Below, one piece after another: positions 41,809 to 50,933 of a stretch of 64,000 nt of DNA. The DNA lies in assembly GCA_965112155.1 (NCBI GenBank), contig OZ218105.1; one strand, 5' to 3'. The position numbers and the translations under genes are program-made. How positions within the stretch are numbered: position 1 is the first letter of the stretch; each line of letters starts with the position of its first letter. This DNA is from Podarcis liolepis (lineage: Eukaryota). Under the pieces are notes generated by a model that saw only the letters and a program-made list of their open reading frames with translations, ran no database searches and was not told the DNA's origin.

Positions 41809-44800
41809 TCCATCCCCCCCTCGAAGCCCCCCATTCCCCCCTCCCCTCCTTCCGGTGCTGGAGCTGGGGGCTGCTGTTGCAAAGGGACGAACGTCAGGTA
41901 TCGGTCGCTTCCCGTGGCAGGCCTCCATCTGAAGTCTCCCGGGTCTTCCTCCCCGCTCTCGTCGACGACAGTCACCTCCGCTTCCATCTCTGTGCCGCCG
42001 TGCTCGAAACCAGGGTCGTCCCCGAAAACGTCCATGTCCGTCTCTCCCTCACTTCCTCCTGTCGGTGTTGCTCGTCCTGGGCCTTCCAGCCACCGTCTGC
42101 GCCACTGCTCCTCTGGCCTATCGTCCCACCAATACGAGGGTTCTGATGCAGATCCCGAGGGTGACCCCTCCGGGGAACGGACGTCTTGTGTCGGGTCCTC
42201 GTCCGAGTCGAACCCCCGGAAAGTGCTGGCCGAAAGTGTGGGCGTGAAAAGCCAGTCGTCAAAATATTCTGCTGGCATAGGTCTATGGGGAAAGAGGGCA
42301 TGAAACTCGTCTTTGAGGAGAGGTTCGTCCAAGGCGTAGCCCGGCACCCAGCTGTTCGCACTGGCCGGGGTGCCCTCCTTGGCGAGAAAGTATTCTACCC
42401 CCTCTTCCCCCCATCTGGAGTCCAAAATCTCAGTGACTTCGTTGATGCGCTCCTTCTGTGCCACTTCCGCGTGCCCTGTTCTGTCTCTGACCGGACTCGG
42501 CGCTGTTCCGGGTTCCTGGAACCTGTGCGGTGCCTTGTAGGGAGTGAGCACCGATCTGTGGAATACCGGATGCATTCTGGAACCCTCCGGAAGTGCCAGT
42601 CTGAAAGCTACCGGGTTGACCTGCTCTTCGACTTGGTAGGGCCCCAGTTGCTTATGCCCTAGTTTCTTCTTGGCCAACGACCTGGCCGGCACTGCGTGGG
42701 CTGCTAACCAAACCCAGTCTCCCACGTGGAGCTCTTCTCCAACCCTTCTGTGCTTGTCTGCTTGTACCTTGTATGCGTGCTTGGCCAGCTCCAGGCGGCG
42801 CCTCAGCTGATCGTGGACCTCCTGCAGCTCCGACGCGAACGCATCTGCTGTCTGCGGCTCCCCCTCCCCCATTCTTTCCAGTCCCGGGAAGGTTCTGGGG
42901 TGCCTCCCGTTGTTGGCGAAGAACGGCGTGACCCCCGTGGACACGTGCTTCGTGTTGTTGTAGGCGAACTCGGCAAGCGGTAGGTAATCCACCCACGTCG
43001 CAGGCTGTTGATTTGCATAACATCTCAGGTACTGCTGCATGATGGCATTGACCCGCTCCGCTTGCCCGTTGGTCTGCGGGTGTCTTGCCGACGCCAGGTT
43101 GATCTTGACGTTCAGGAAGCCCATCAGCTTCTGCCAGAAATTCGAGATGAACTGCCGCCCCCGGTCGGACAGAATAGACCGTGGCAGACCGTGAACCTTG
43201 AACACGTGGTCTATGAACAGTTTGGCGGTTTGCTCCGCCGTGGCCACCTTCGCACACGGAATGAAATGCGCCATCTTGGAAAACAGGTCCACCACCACCA
43301 GCACTGCCGTCTTGCCCCTTGAGCTGGGCAGATCCGTGACAAAGTCCAGGGCCACTCTCTCCCATGGTTCGAACGGTGTTTGCAGCGGTTCCAACAGTCC
43401 GGCCGGCGGTTTGTGCACTGGTTTGGCCCTCTGGCAGGTGTCGCACCTCGCCACGTAGTCTGCGACCTCCCCTCTCATTCCAGGCCACCAGAAATCCCTG
43501 GCTACTAATTCCACCGTCTTCTCCTTGCCAAAGTGCCCGGCCGTGGGCGCGTCGTGCAGCTGCTGCAGCACCTTGGCTCGAAGTTCGTCTCCCGGCACGT
43601 AGATGGCCCCTTTTCGGATGAGCAATCCATCTCGTAGCCGGAAACCGTCGGCCGCTGCCTTGCCCCTTTGCACCTCTGCCATCTTTGCTTGTGCGAAGGA
43701 GTCCTCCTGCAACGCACGTCGCACCGCCTCTAGGTCCACGGTCGCCGCGGCGCACGCCCACACTGCTGGTGCGAAGATGTGCATGGCGGCCGCTGGTGTT
43801 GCGTCCTCCAGATACTGTGGCTTACGGGAGAGGGCGTCTGCCATGATGTTGGTGTCCCCCGGGACATACTCTATTCGGAAGTCGAAGTTTGCAAAGAACT
43901 CAGCCCAACGTATCTGCCTCTGGTTCAGGAACTGTGCCGTGCGCCAGTGCTCTAGATTCTTGTGGTCCGTGCAAACCTGCACCGTGTGCTTGGCGCCGAT
44001 CAGAAAGTGCCTCCACGCCTTGAACGCTGCGTGAATGGCCAGCAACTCCCTGTCCCAGATGGTGTAGTTCTGTTCGGACTTGCTGAGCTTCCTGGAGTAA
44101 AACGCTCCCGGTCGCCACACCCCCTGCGGGTCTTTCTGCAACAGGACCGCCCCCACGGCTCTGTCCGAGGCGTCTGTCTCCACCCTCATCGGCTTGCTGG
44201 GGTTGACATGAAGCAGCTGCTCTTCCGACGCGAAGAGACGCTTGAGTGCCTGAAAGGACTGCTCCGCCTGCGCTGTCCAAACGAACTTCTTCTTCTTGGA
44301 GCTAAGCGTGTCAGTGATGGCCGCTGTCTGCATCGCGAAGCCCTTGATAAACTTGCGATAGAAGTTCGCAAAGCCGACAAACCGTTGGACCTCCTTCCGG
44401 TTGCGCGGACTCTTCCAATCCAACACCGCTCGAACCTTGGCGCTGTCCATGGCGAGCCCCTTGTCAGACAGCTTGTAGCCCAGAAAATCCACCTCCGGCA
44501 CGTCAAATTGGCACTTCTCCAGCTTGGCGTAGAGCCTATGTTGCTTTAGCCTGCTCAGCACTTCCTTGACGTGTCCGTCATGCTCCTGCTGCGACTCCGA
44601 AAAGACCAGGATGTCATCTAAGAAACAGACGCACGTCTTGTAGAGAAGTCCCGCCAACACGTGATGCATAAACGCTTGAAAAACGTGGGAGCCATTTTGC
44701 AATCCAAAAGGCATAACTCTATATTCGTAGGTCCCCAGTGGCGTGAACATGGCTGTCTTCCACTCATCTCCTTCCCGCATGCGAATGAGGTTGTACGCCC

Positions 44801-45749
44801 CCCGCAGGTCTAACTTGGTGAACACTTTTCCCTTCCGTACCTTAGCGAGGAGGTCGTCAATACGGGGCATGGGGAAGTCCGATGGCCTAGTCAGACTGTT
44901 CAAAATCCTGTAATCCACTACCAGTCTTTTCTGGGGCGTGTCCCGCTTCTTAACAAAGAATACGGGACTGCCCCCCACTGCCCTGGACTCCCGGATGAAG
45001 CCGCGTTGCAAATTATGGTCAATGAACTCTTTGAGTTCCTGCAGTTCGTCCTCTGACATGGAATACAGTTTCCCTTTAGGCAGCGCCGCCCCCGGCAGCA
45101 GGTCAATTTTGCAGTCATATGGTCTGTGAGGGGGTAGCCTGTCTGCCTCCTTCTCGCAGAAAACTTCCAAAAATTCAGCGTACTTGTGTGGAATCGCTTG
45201 CAGCGTGCCTAGCAGCAGCTGTGACTCCTCTTCCTCTCCTTCCTGCCTGGGCACGATGCAGTGTTCAGCACAAAAGGAAGAGCCGAAGGTCAGCTGCCTC
45301 TGGTACCAAGCCATCGCTGGGCTGTGCTTGTCCAGCCAACTCATGCCCAATACAATGGGCGTGTCAGATAGTCGAGTGACGTTGAAGCTGATGATTTCTC
45401 TGTGATTCCCAAGTCGCATCACCATTGGTGGCGTCTGCTTCACCACTTGCCCCCCGAGCAGCTCCCTGCCATCCACCGTGACAACCTGCAGGGGCAGTGT
45501 GGCCGGCAGCAACTGCACAGCGTGCCTGTCGACAAAGTCCTGCCCTATAAAGTCCGCATTGCTGCCTGAGTCAATGGTGATTGGCACGTCCATGGTGATT
45601 CCATTGGGCAGTTGGAGAGACGCTGTGAGCCTCACTACTGGTTTGGGCGGGAGGGGGTTCACGGGCTGTAAAATCGCTGGGGACTGCGTCACTAACACGT
45701 CTGGCTGGGCCCCAGTGCCTCTTCCTCCAGCCAGACAGCCTCGTTTCCC
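41142..45749 (-). CDS. pol: Pol (protease, RT, RNase H, integrase, chromodomain, long acidic tail), expressed as an approximately 1871-aa Gag-Pol by -1 frameshift
   Basis: Uninterrupted ORF (track 41142..45827). Protease IDSGS. RT RLVVDYR, KLDLRGAY, MPFGL, FLDD. RNase H ETDAS, ELLAI, TDHKNL, ADALSR. Integrase H-X6-H...CDTC, LDF, SDRG, QAERVN and GPY motif. Chromodomain-like EVTEILDSR...EYF...NSWVP. Confidence 0.96.
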   Translation of the reverse strand, partial: GKRGCLAGGRGTGAQPDVLVTQSPAILQPVNPLPPKPVVRLTASLQLPNGITMDVPITIDSGSNADFIGQDFVDRHAVQLLPATLPLQVVTVDGRELLGGQVVKQTPPMVMRLGNHREIISFNVTRLSDTPIVLGMSWLDKHSPAMAWYQRQLTFGSSFCAEHCIVPRQEGEEEESQLLLGTLQAIPHKYAEFLEVFCEKEADRLPPHRPYDCKIDLLPGAALPKGKLYSMSEDELQELKEFIDHNLQRGFIRESRAVGGSPVFFVKKRDTPQKRLVVDYRILNSLTRPSDFPMPRIDDLLAKVRKGKVFTKLDLRGAYNLIRMREGDEWKTAMFTPLGTYEYRVMPFGLQNGSHVFQAFMHHVLAGLLYKTCVCFLDDILVFSESQQEHDGHVKEVLSRLKQHRLYAKLEKCQFDVPEVDFLGYKLSDKGLAMDSAKVRAVLDWKSPRNRKEVQRFVGFANFYRKFIKGFAMQTAAITDTLSSKKKKFVWTAQAEQSFQALKRLFASEEQLLHVNPSKPMRVETDASDRAVGAVLLQKDPQGVWRPGAFYSRKLSKSEQNYTIWDRELLAIHAAFKAWRHFLIGAKHTVQVCTDHKNLEHWRTAQFLNQRQIRWAEFFANFDFRIEYVPGDTNIMADALSRKPQYLEDATPAAAMHIFAPAVWACAAATVDLEAVRRALQEDSFAQAKMAEVQRGKAAADGFRLRDGLLIRKGAIYVPGDELRAKVLQQLHDAPTAGHFGKEKTVELVARDFWWPGMRGEVADYVARCDTCQRAKPVHKPPAGLLEPLQTPFEPWERVALDFVTDLPSSRGKTAVLVVVDLFSKMAHFIPCAKVATAEQTAKLFIDHVFKVHGLPRSILSDRGRQFISNFWQKLMGFLNVKINLASARHPQTNGQAERVNAIMQQYLRCYANQQPATWVDYLPLAEFAYNNTKHVSTGVTPFFANNGRHPRTFPGLERMGEGEPQTADAFASELQEVHDQLRRRLELAKHAYKVQADKHRRVGEELHVGDWVWLAAHAVPARSLAKKKLGHKQLGPYQVEEQVNPVAFRLALPEGSRMHPVFHRSVLTPYKAPHRFQEPGTAPSPVRDRTGHAEVAQKERINEVTEILDSRWGEEGVEYFLAKEGTPASANSWVPGYALDEPLLKDEFHALFPHRPMPAEYFDDWLFTPTLSASTFRGFDSDEDPTQDVRSPEGSPSGSASEPSYWWDDRPEEQWRRRWLEGPGRATPTGGSEGETDMDVFGDDPGFEHGGTEMEAEVTVVDESGEEDPGDFRWRPATGSDRYLTFVPLQQQPPAPAPEGGEGGMGGFEGGMDVRGLGAEARAREETESEGEEAEEKMSDDDDPRSPSLSSESEDSQKGAPVARARGESRGAPQEDRAREDSGGSSWKSGPASPPGSREEEGSQGGSAGSSPQEGGHESGVATPPQEGGHESGMATPPSGSEETVERKVEGWARAPSSNAEEGGAVSSPEREPGPKARRKEAGGSGSASEESRKEEAPGGRGTQRRTVRRKRWSKARILSWCTQGGDSDGASPT
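41809..41823 (-). promoter_or_regulatory. Polypurine tract
   Basis: Minus strand GAGGGGGGGATGGA lies immediately before the TGTCAG of the 3' LTR. Confidence 0.9.
45677..45749 (-). promoter_or_regulatory. -1 ribosomal frameshift signal: G GGA AAC slippery heptamer plus predicted H-type pseudoknot
   Basis: GGGAAAC at 45749-45743 is in the gag frame (Q-G-N), and the -1 frame gives G-K-R-G-C-L of pol. 6-nt spacer. Perfect 10-bp stem GTCTGGCTGG/CCAGCCAGAC (45736-45727 with 45708-45699). Loop CTGGGG can pair with downstream CCCCAG (45682-45677). Confidence 0.9.
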
Positions 45750-46756
45750 TGCTGTGGTCCTCCTTGCTGTGTTGCTGCAGTCACCATTGCTGAGGCTGCA
45801 GTGAGCTTGTGGGGCCTCTGGGGACACTCTTTCGCCATATGCCCTGGCTCCTCACAGACGTAACACTTCCTGTTCCCTCTAGGAGGCTTCGCTTTCACTG
45901 CTGCTGGTGCTAGGGCTCTGGTTGCTGACTGAGCCCTTGCACCTCCCACCTCCATAGGTTCGGCTCCTCCTCCTGGCGGAGGCGTGGATTGCGCCCGCGC
46001 TGCTTCCCTGGGAAAGAAGGAGGGGCCCCCGGCTGGTTCGCGCCCTCCACGCCCTTCGTCCCTGTTCCACGGACGTCCTTCCAGCCTCACCCCCACTGCC
46101 AGTGCCCTCTGAACGACCTCCTGGGTGGTTCGGGGTCTCTCCCCCCTGGCGATCTCATCTTTAATCGAGTTATGCAGCCCCTCCCAAAAGAGGTCTCTTA
46201 CAGGAGCCGAATCTCTGTCCCATTCCAGGGCACTGACCAAGGCGAAAAAGCGGGCATGGTACTGCCTGACGCTGGCCCTCCCTTGTCTCAGCCCATGCAC
46301 CTCCTTCCGTGCAAGATCCACGTCAATACTTGATAAAAAACACCCATCCATCGCTTTAATAAAGGCATCTGCATTCTGTAGCGCCGGATCCTTATCTCTC
46401 CATAAATTGCGTAGCCATGCTCTCGCATCCCCATGCAGATGGGACATGATGAACCCCACTCTCTCTTGTTCATCTCTAAAGTCTTTATGCAGCAGTTGCA
46501 GTGCGCACAGTACGTCGGCTCTAAAGTTGGGATACTGTTGCAGGTTCCCATCGAAGTGAGAGACCAGCCCGCCTGTCCGTCTCGCCAACCCAATGCCCTC
46601 CTGCCGGGGTGCCTGCTTTGTCAGCACGTCTAACCTGACCTGGAGATCCCTGCAGGCTGCGGCTGCTTCCTCCTCCCTCTTCCTGGATGCTAGAGCCTCG
46701 GCGTTCAGTTGTGCCACCGCGTTTCTGAGTTCCTCTATCTGCTGCTCAGCCGTCAT
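45692..46756 (-). CDS. gag: Gag (354 aa): N-terminal coiled coil, retrotransposon capsid, CCHC zinc knuckle
   Basis: ATG-initiated ORF. Capsid-like motifs FDGN..., 'VGFIMSHLHGDARAW', 'LRQGRASVRQY..F', 'FWEGLHNSIKDE'. 'EPMEVG' motif and CX2CX4HX4C knuckle CYVCEEPGHMAKEC, as in sushi/PEG10-type Gag. Confidence 0.95.
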   Translation of the reverse strand: MTAEQQIEELRNAVAQLNAEALASRKREEEAAAACRDLQVRLDVLTKQAPRQEGIGLARRTGGLVSHFDGNLQQYPNFRADVLCALQLLHKDFRDEQERVGFIMSHLHGDARAWLRNLWRDKDPALQNADAFIKAMDGCFLSSIDVDLARKEVHGLRQGRASVRQYHARFFALVSALEWDRDSAPVRDLFWEGLHNSIKDEIARGERPRTTQEVVQRALAVGVRLEGRPWNRDEGRGGREPAGGPSFFPREAARAQSTPPPGGGAEPMEVGGARAQSATRALAPAAVKAKPPRGNRKCYVCEEPGHMAKECPQRPHKLTAASAMVTAATQQGGPQQGNEAVWLEEEALGPSQTC

Positions 46757-46833
46757 GTCGTCTGCCGTTCGTGAGCTTGCTAGTAGGCACCTGTGTCTCT
46801 CCCCTCCTCGAGGCTGTAGATGCCCACAAGTGG

Positions 46834-46844
46834 AGACGGAGCTT
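46834..46844 (-). promoter_or_regulatory. Non-tRNA primer-binding site (self-priming type)
   Basis: 2 nt after the 5' LTR the minus strand reads AAGCTCCGTCT, with no TGG. This is the exact complement of AGACGGAGCTT at 46993-46983 inside the LTR. Confidence 0.85.
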
Positions 46845-46846
46845 AC

Positions 46847-47638
46847 TGTCAGAGCTGCTTGAAGATCCTAGCTCACAGAGGATCACGCTAGCCAGCGGTC
46901 ATTAAGTAAAAGTCTTTATTGAATTACAGTTTCCATTCTCACGCTGCTGCGCGCAACTCTACGCCTAGTAGCTAGGTCGGCGAAGCTCCGTCTGAGTCTC
47001 CGCCCTGTGTGCACCAACTTAATATCCTAGCCTTGCTCCACCTTTTCCTCCTGACTGTCCTCCTCTGGGTCCCTCTACCCCCCGGGGCTTCTTCCTTCCG
47101 GGATTCTTCTGACGCTGACCCAGACCCTCCTGCCTCCTTGCGCCGGGCTTTAGGACCTGGCTCTCTTTCGGGGCTGCTTACTGCGCCGCCTTCCTCTGCA
47201 TTTGAACTTGGCGCGCGCGCCCAACCTTCCACTTTCCTCTCAACCGTTTCTTCGCTCCCCGATGGAGGTGTGGCCATCCCCGACTCATGTCCTCCCTCCT
47301 GTGGAGGTGTGGCCACTCCTGACTCATGTCCTCCCTCCTGTGGTGAGCTGCCAGCGCTTCCCCCCTGGCTCCCTTCCTCTTCCCTGCTTCCTGGCGGTGA
47401 CGCTGGTCCCGATTTCCAGCTGCTCCCCCCTGAGTCCTCTCTGGCTCTGTCTTCCTGGGGTGCCCCCCTAGACTCCCCCCTTGCCCTCGCCACTGGTGCT
47501 CCTTTCTGTGAATCCTCTGATTCACTGGAAAGACTAGGAGATCTCGGGTCGTCGTCGTCACTCATCTTTTCTTCTGCCTCCTCCCCTTCGCTCTCTGTTT
47601 CCTCCCTTGCCCGTGCTTCTGCTCCTAAACCCCTGACA
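46847..47638 (-). repeat. 5' LTR (U3 about 47638-46994; R/U5 about 46993-46847)
   Basis: Repeat of 41017-41808 at offset 5830. TG...CA ends with a 6-bp terminal inverted repeat. TATA-like ATATTAA at 47025-47019 and AATAAA at 46920-46915 (minus strand). Confidence 0.97.
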
Positions 47639-50600
47639 GCAATTAATGTTGTATTATAGTTTTATGCAGTACACCACCTTGCTATATTTCCTATGGAAAT
47701 AGGATTTATAAATATTTCAATAAACAAAAATAAATTAATGTACATGTAATCCAAGATGCATTACAATAATTTGACTTCATATCAGATGTGAAATCTTAAC
47801 AGGTTTTATTAGATATCTAGATGTATCCCAATGAAATAATTGCAAGGTATTCTCATTATGCTGAAGTCCAGCTATCCTTTATAAAATTGTTATAATTCTG
47901 GCAGGTAACAAACCTAATATTAAAAATAATAATGACGAACATGCAATAATTCCCTTGGGCTACCTGTATCTATAATATAAGAATATTCATAAATTAGAAT
48001 TCACCTATTACTGAAATCTGGTCCATGAAGAGGAATAAAAATGTCTATACAACTCACTACTAAAGTCATTTTCTCAGTTCAATTAACCTGAACACAATTT
48101 AAGGAAACAGAATAACTATTCCTGTGTTGGGCCACTAGGGGGAAGTAGCCATTATGATACTATTAAAAAGAATAAGAAATTATCTCAGATGCTTATTGTT
48201 TACCATGCCTAAGCCTTCTCTAGCTGTGTTGTTTTTATTTCATTTTATGAGCAACTAATTATCACTATTAAATCGCTGGTGCAATCTGTTAGCTTTTTAA
48301 AACCTGTAGTGTAAAAATTATTCCTTAAAGTTGAAATGAAAGCCTTTCCAGAGATCTTACTCCTTTTCTGAAAAGTGGAAAAGCTAATGCAGGAAGAAAG
48401 ATATTCTGTTGGATGAAACGAAGAATCATATTGTTATTGTTCTGTGAAAGGCTGATTTCCTATGCACGTAATAATATATCTGCTTAGATATAGTTAAAAA
48501 CTATGTATGGCTACCATGCTGTCATTAGCTATGCCTAGATAAGTTTCATTAACATTAATAGGGCTTATACATTATTAGCTAGGTTTCTGCAGTGGAAAGG
48601 AATGTTCAATCTTCATTTAACTATCTAGTATATGAACTGAATAAATGTGCACAAGAAGATTATAAAAGCAAGACTACACGTTAACATCTAACAATTGTAC
48701 AATCTATGCCCCATGTACACAAATAGTTGAGCTGTATATCTGCACAGTTATTCAGATGCAATGTGTATCTATATGCGCCACAGCTGAGCTATGCAAATTA
48801 ACAAGTGTACAGCACACTCTTTCACACAAACACTTGTACATGTTTAGAGGCAGCTTATACCTGCATTTGGTGTAACCTGATCTGTGAACAAGCCTTTCAT
48901 GATGTACAAATCAATCCAATGAACCTCTGCACTGATGTTTCCTGTTTCAATTGTGCCCTCTGTTTTTGTGTAACTGCAGGATTGGGTTCTTCCTCATTGC
49001 ACAGGATCATGTTGACTTTCTGAAACCCCAATAGTTGGTTCCCTTTTATTTTAATTGGGAAACATGTAGAAATAGGAAAGGAATTTGCATAGAGAGGGGG
49101 AGCCATTTCAGTTATTAACATCGTGCAGCTTGAAGTAATAGGATGAATAAAAACTGACCCCTCTTGGAATAAAAATTGTCCAGACTGTATATATGGTTCC
49201 AAAGCTTTACTAACAGAACTTTCTTCAAACAGGCACAAAAACAAATAATGTTACATTCAAATAGTTGCATAAAATCATATGCTTGTCTAAGCGTATGCTC
49301 AGCTTATTACAAATATAAAATTACTCCAAACAGACCTGAAATCAAAGGTCTTTCTCTCTGCACACATACCCCATTACAGCCTGAAACTGTTTTCTCTTCA
49401 GGAGATACATTAGCACACCTTTCTTCTACGGTGTCTTGAGAACAAAGACAACTCCCTCAAAATGGTGATATGCAACTGAATATGCCTCCCATGTGATCTA
49501 AAGTTAAACACCACATGAGAGAGCTACAGAGATAAATCCAATTAATTATCAACCTATTAGGTGCTCAGAGAGCTTCACTTCGCTTCAGTGGAAATTTCCC
49601 TAATGTTCCCTTTGGCAATGCACATTCAGAGTTATTTTCCATTTTAATGTATAATTAAGCAATTATACATAACAGGAGCTTCTTGTACTATATAGAAGTG
49701 TTTGTAAATTGGTCTCATAGAATGTTAACCAAAGACAGAACAAGCAGAAAAGCAGTGGGGGTTTTTTTTGGGGGGGAGAGGGGTACAGCAACTAAAAATG
49801 AGATAACACACACACTTTTCTTAACAGCAACCAATCAGCACTACAAAAGAAGTAGGCTCTGGACCCTTCAAGGAAACTGTCAAATATTATGTTTATTATA
49901 ACTAAAACTTTTTAGTTAAACATTTTTGGCTCCTACCTTTCTCAGTAATAGACCCGGGATTTCAAAGGAATAGTGTGAGCCAAAGTGACTCATGATGACA
50001 TAATTCTAAAGAATGTGATGTGTGCAAGATAGGCTTTTAAAAAATGAAGAAAAGCAATGGCTAGATAGAAATTGTGTTTGTTTTCCAAATTAAACCCACT
50101 GAGATCCAAAGAGAGACGCTCTCTCTCTCTTCTAATATCTCTGGATTTGATGTTTCCTCTATAGCAAGGAAGGGGAACTTGTGGTCCACCAGATTTTGCT
50201 GCACTACTACTCCCACCACCCCAAGCATGGTTGGACCTGACAGGGGATGGAGTCCAATATTCTCTACAAATCTACTGCTTCCCCATTGTTAGACCTGACC
50301 AAAATATTGACCATAATACCCTGTAGACTTAAAGGGGAAGACAAAACTTAGTCTGCAATCATATATTGACTTGCCTGGGAGTAAGTCGGTGAACTCAGTG
50401 GGGCTTACTTTTGAGTAATCATGGATATGACTAAACTGGTAATATCTGTGTAGCCTCTGTGTGTGTGTCATACACCTGCCATATTCCTCAGAATTAATCC
50501 ATCCTGAGGCATTTTTAGAATTGTAACCGTCACTTACAGTGTACATTTGAAATCTGAACTGTGCTACTGAGGGAGGTGAAAGCTGAAACATTTAACTAAA

Positions 50601-50886
50601 TGGTTTAAGAAATATCTGTTTTGTCAGACAGAGAGAAAATGGGTAGGATCTGGACATGTCAGGATTAAGAGGATACATATATGCCACAGGAGAAGTATAT
50701 TTGTTGAAACCCTGGGCACAAATCCAACAGATAAATGGCAAACATGCCAATCTTTCTTTGAACATTCTTTTTAAGGAAGACACTTTATAATGACTACACT
50801 ATTTCAGATTTTTAGTTAATTTCAGCCACAAATGGCATGGAGTAGAAGGGTGTGTGTGCTGTTGGTAAAAAAGTGGTTCAAGAAAG

Positions 50887-50933
50887 AAGAGAATAGACAA
50901 CACTATCAAAGAGAATAGACAACACTATCAAAG
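50887..50933. repeat. 22-bp perfect tandem duplication
   Basis: AAGAGAATAGACAACACTATCA twice. Confidence 0.9.

Larger units (their letters stand above)
41017..47638 (-). mobile_element. Full-length Ty3/Gypsy (chromovirus, Tf1/sushi-like) LTR retrotransposon
   Basis: 792-bp direct repeats at 41017-41808 and 46847-47638, each TGTCAG...CTGACA. Flanked by 5-bp TSD GCAAT (41012-41016 and 47639-47643). Internal gag and pol have the gypsy order PR-RT-RH-IN-chromo. CpG-rich relative to the flanks. Confidence 0.98.

Noticed and set aside
41179-42303. 374-aa antisense ORF opposite the Pol tail (216-aa copy at 47009-47659)
   Set aside because: GTG start and Ser/Pro/Leu low complexity. It is codon-aligned with the GA-rich sense frame, where the codons that give antisense stops (TTA, CTA, TCA) are rare, so it is an expected shadow ORF.
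42652-43761. 369-aa alternative-frame ORF over the integrase
   Set aside because: Non-ATG start, Gly/Arg/Ala-rich by-product of GC-rich third positions in pol. It has no env-like hydrophobic segments.
45750-45827. Independent start for pol as listed in the ORF track
   Set aside because: Non-ATG start upstream of the slippery site. Pol is better explained as a frameshift fusion.
41017-47638. Domesticated PEG10/RTL-like host gene or endogenous retrovirus
   Set aside because: Identical LTRs, TSD and a complete RT/IN indicate a mobile gypsy element. No env is present.
48897-49244. Short ORF or exon candidate, and the many other 60-130 aa ORFs
   Set aside because: No recognisable domains, frequent non-ATG starts, and no consistent exon chain.
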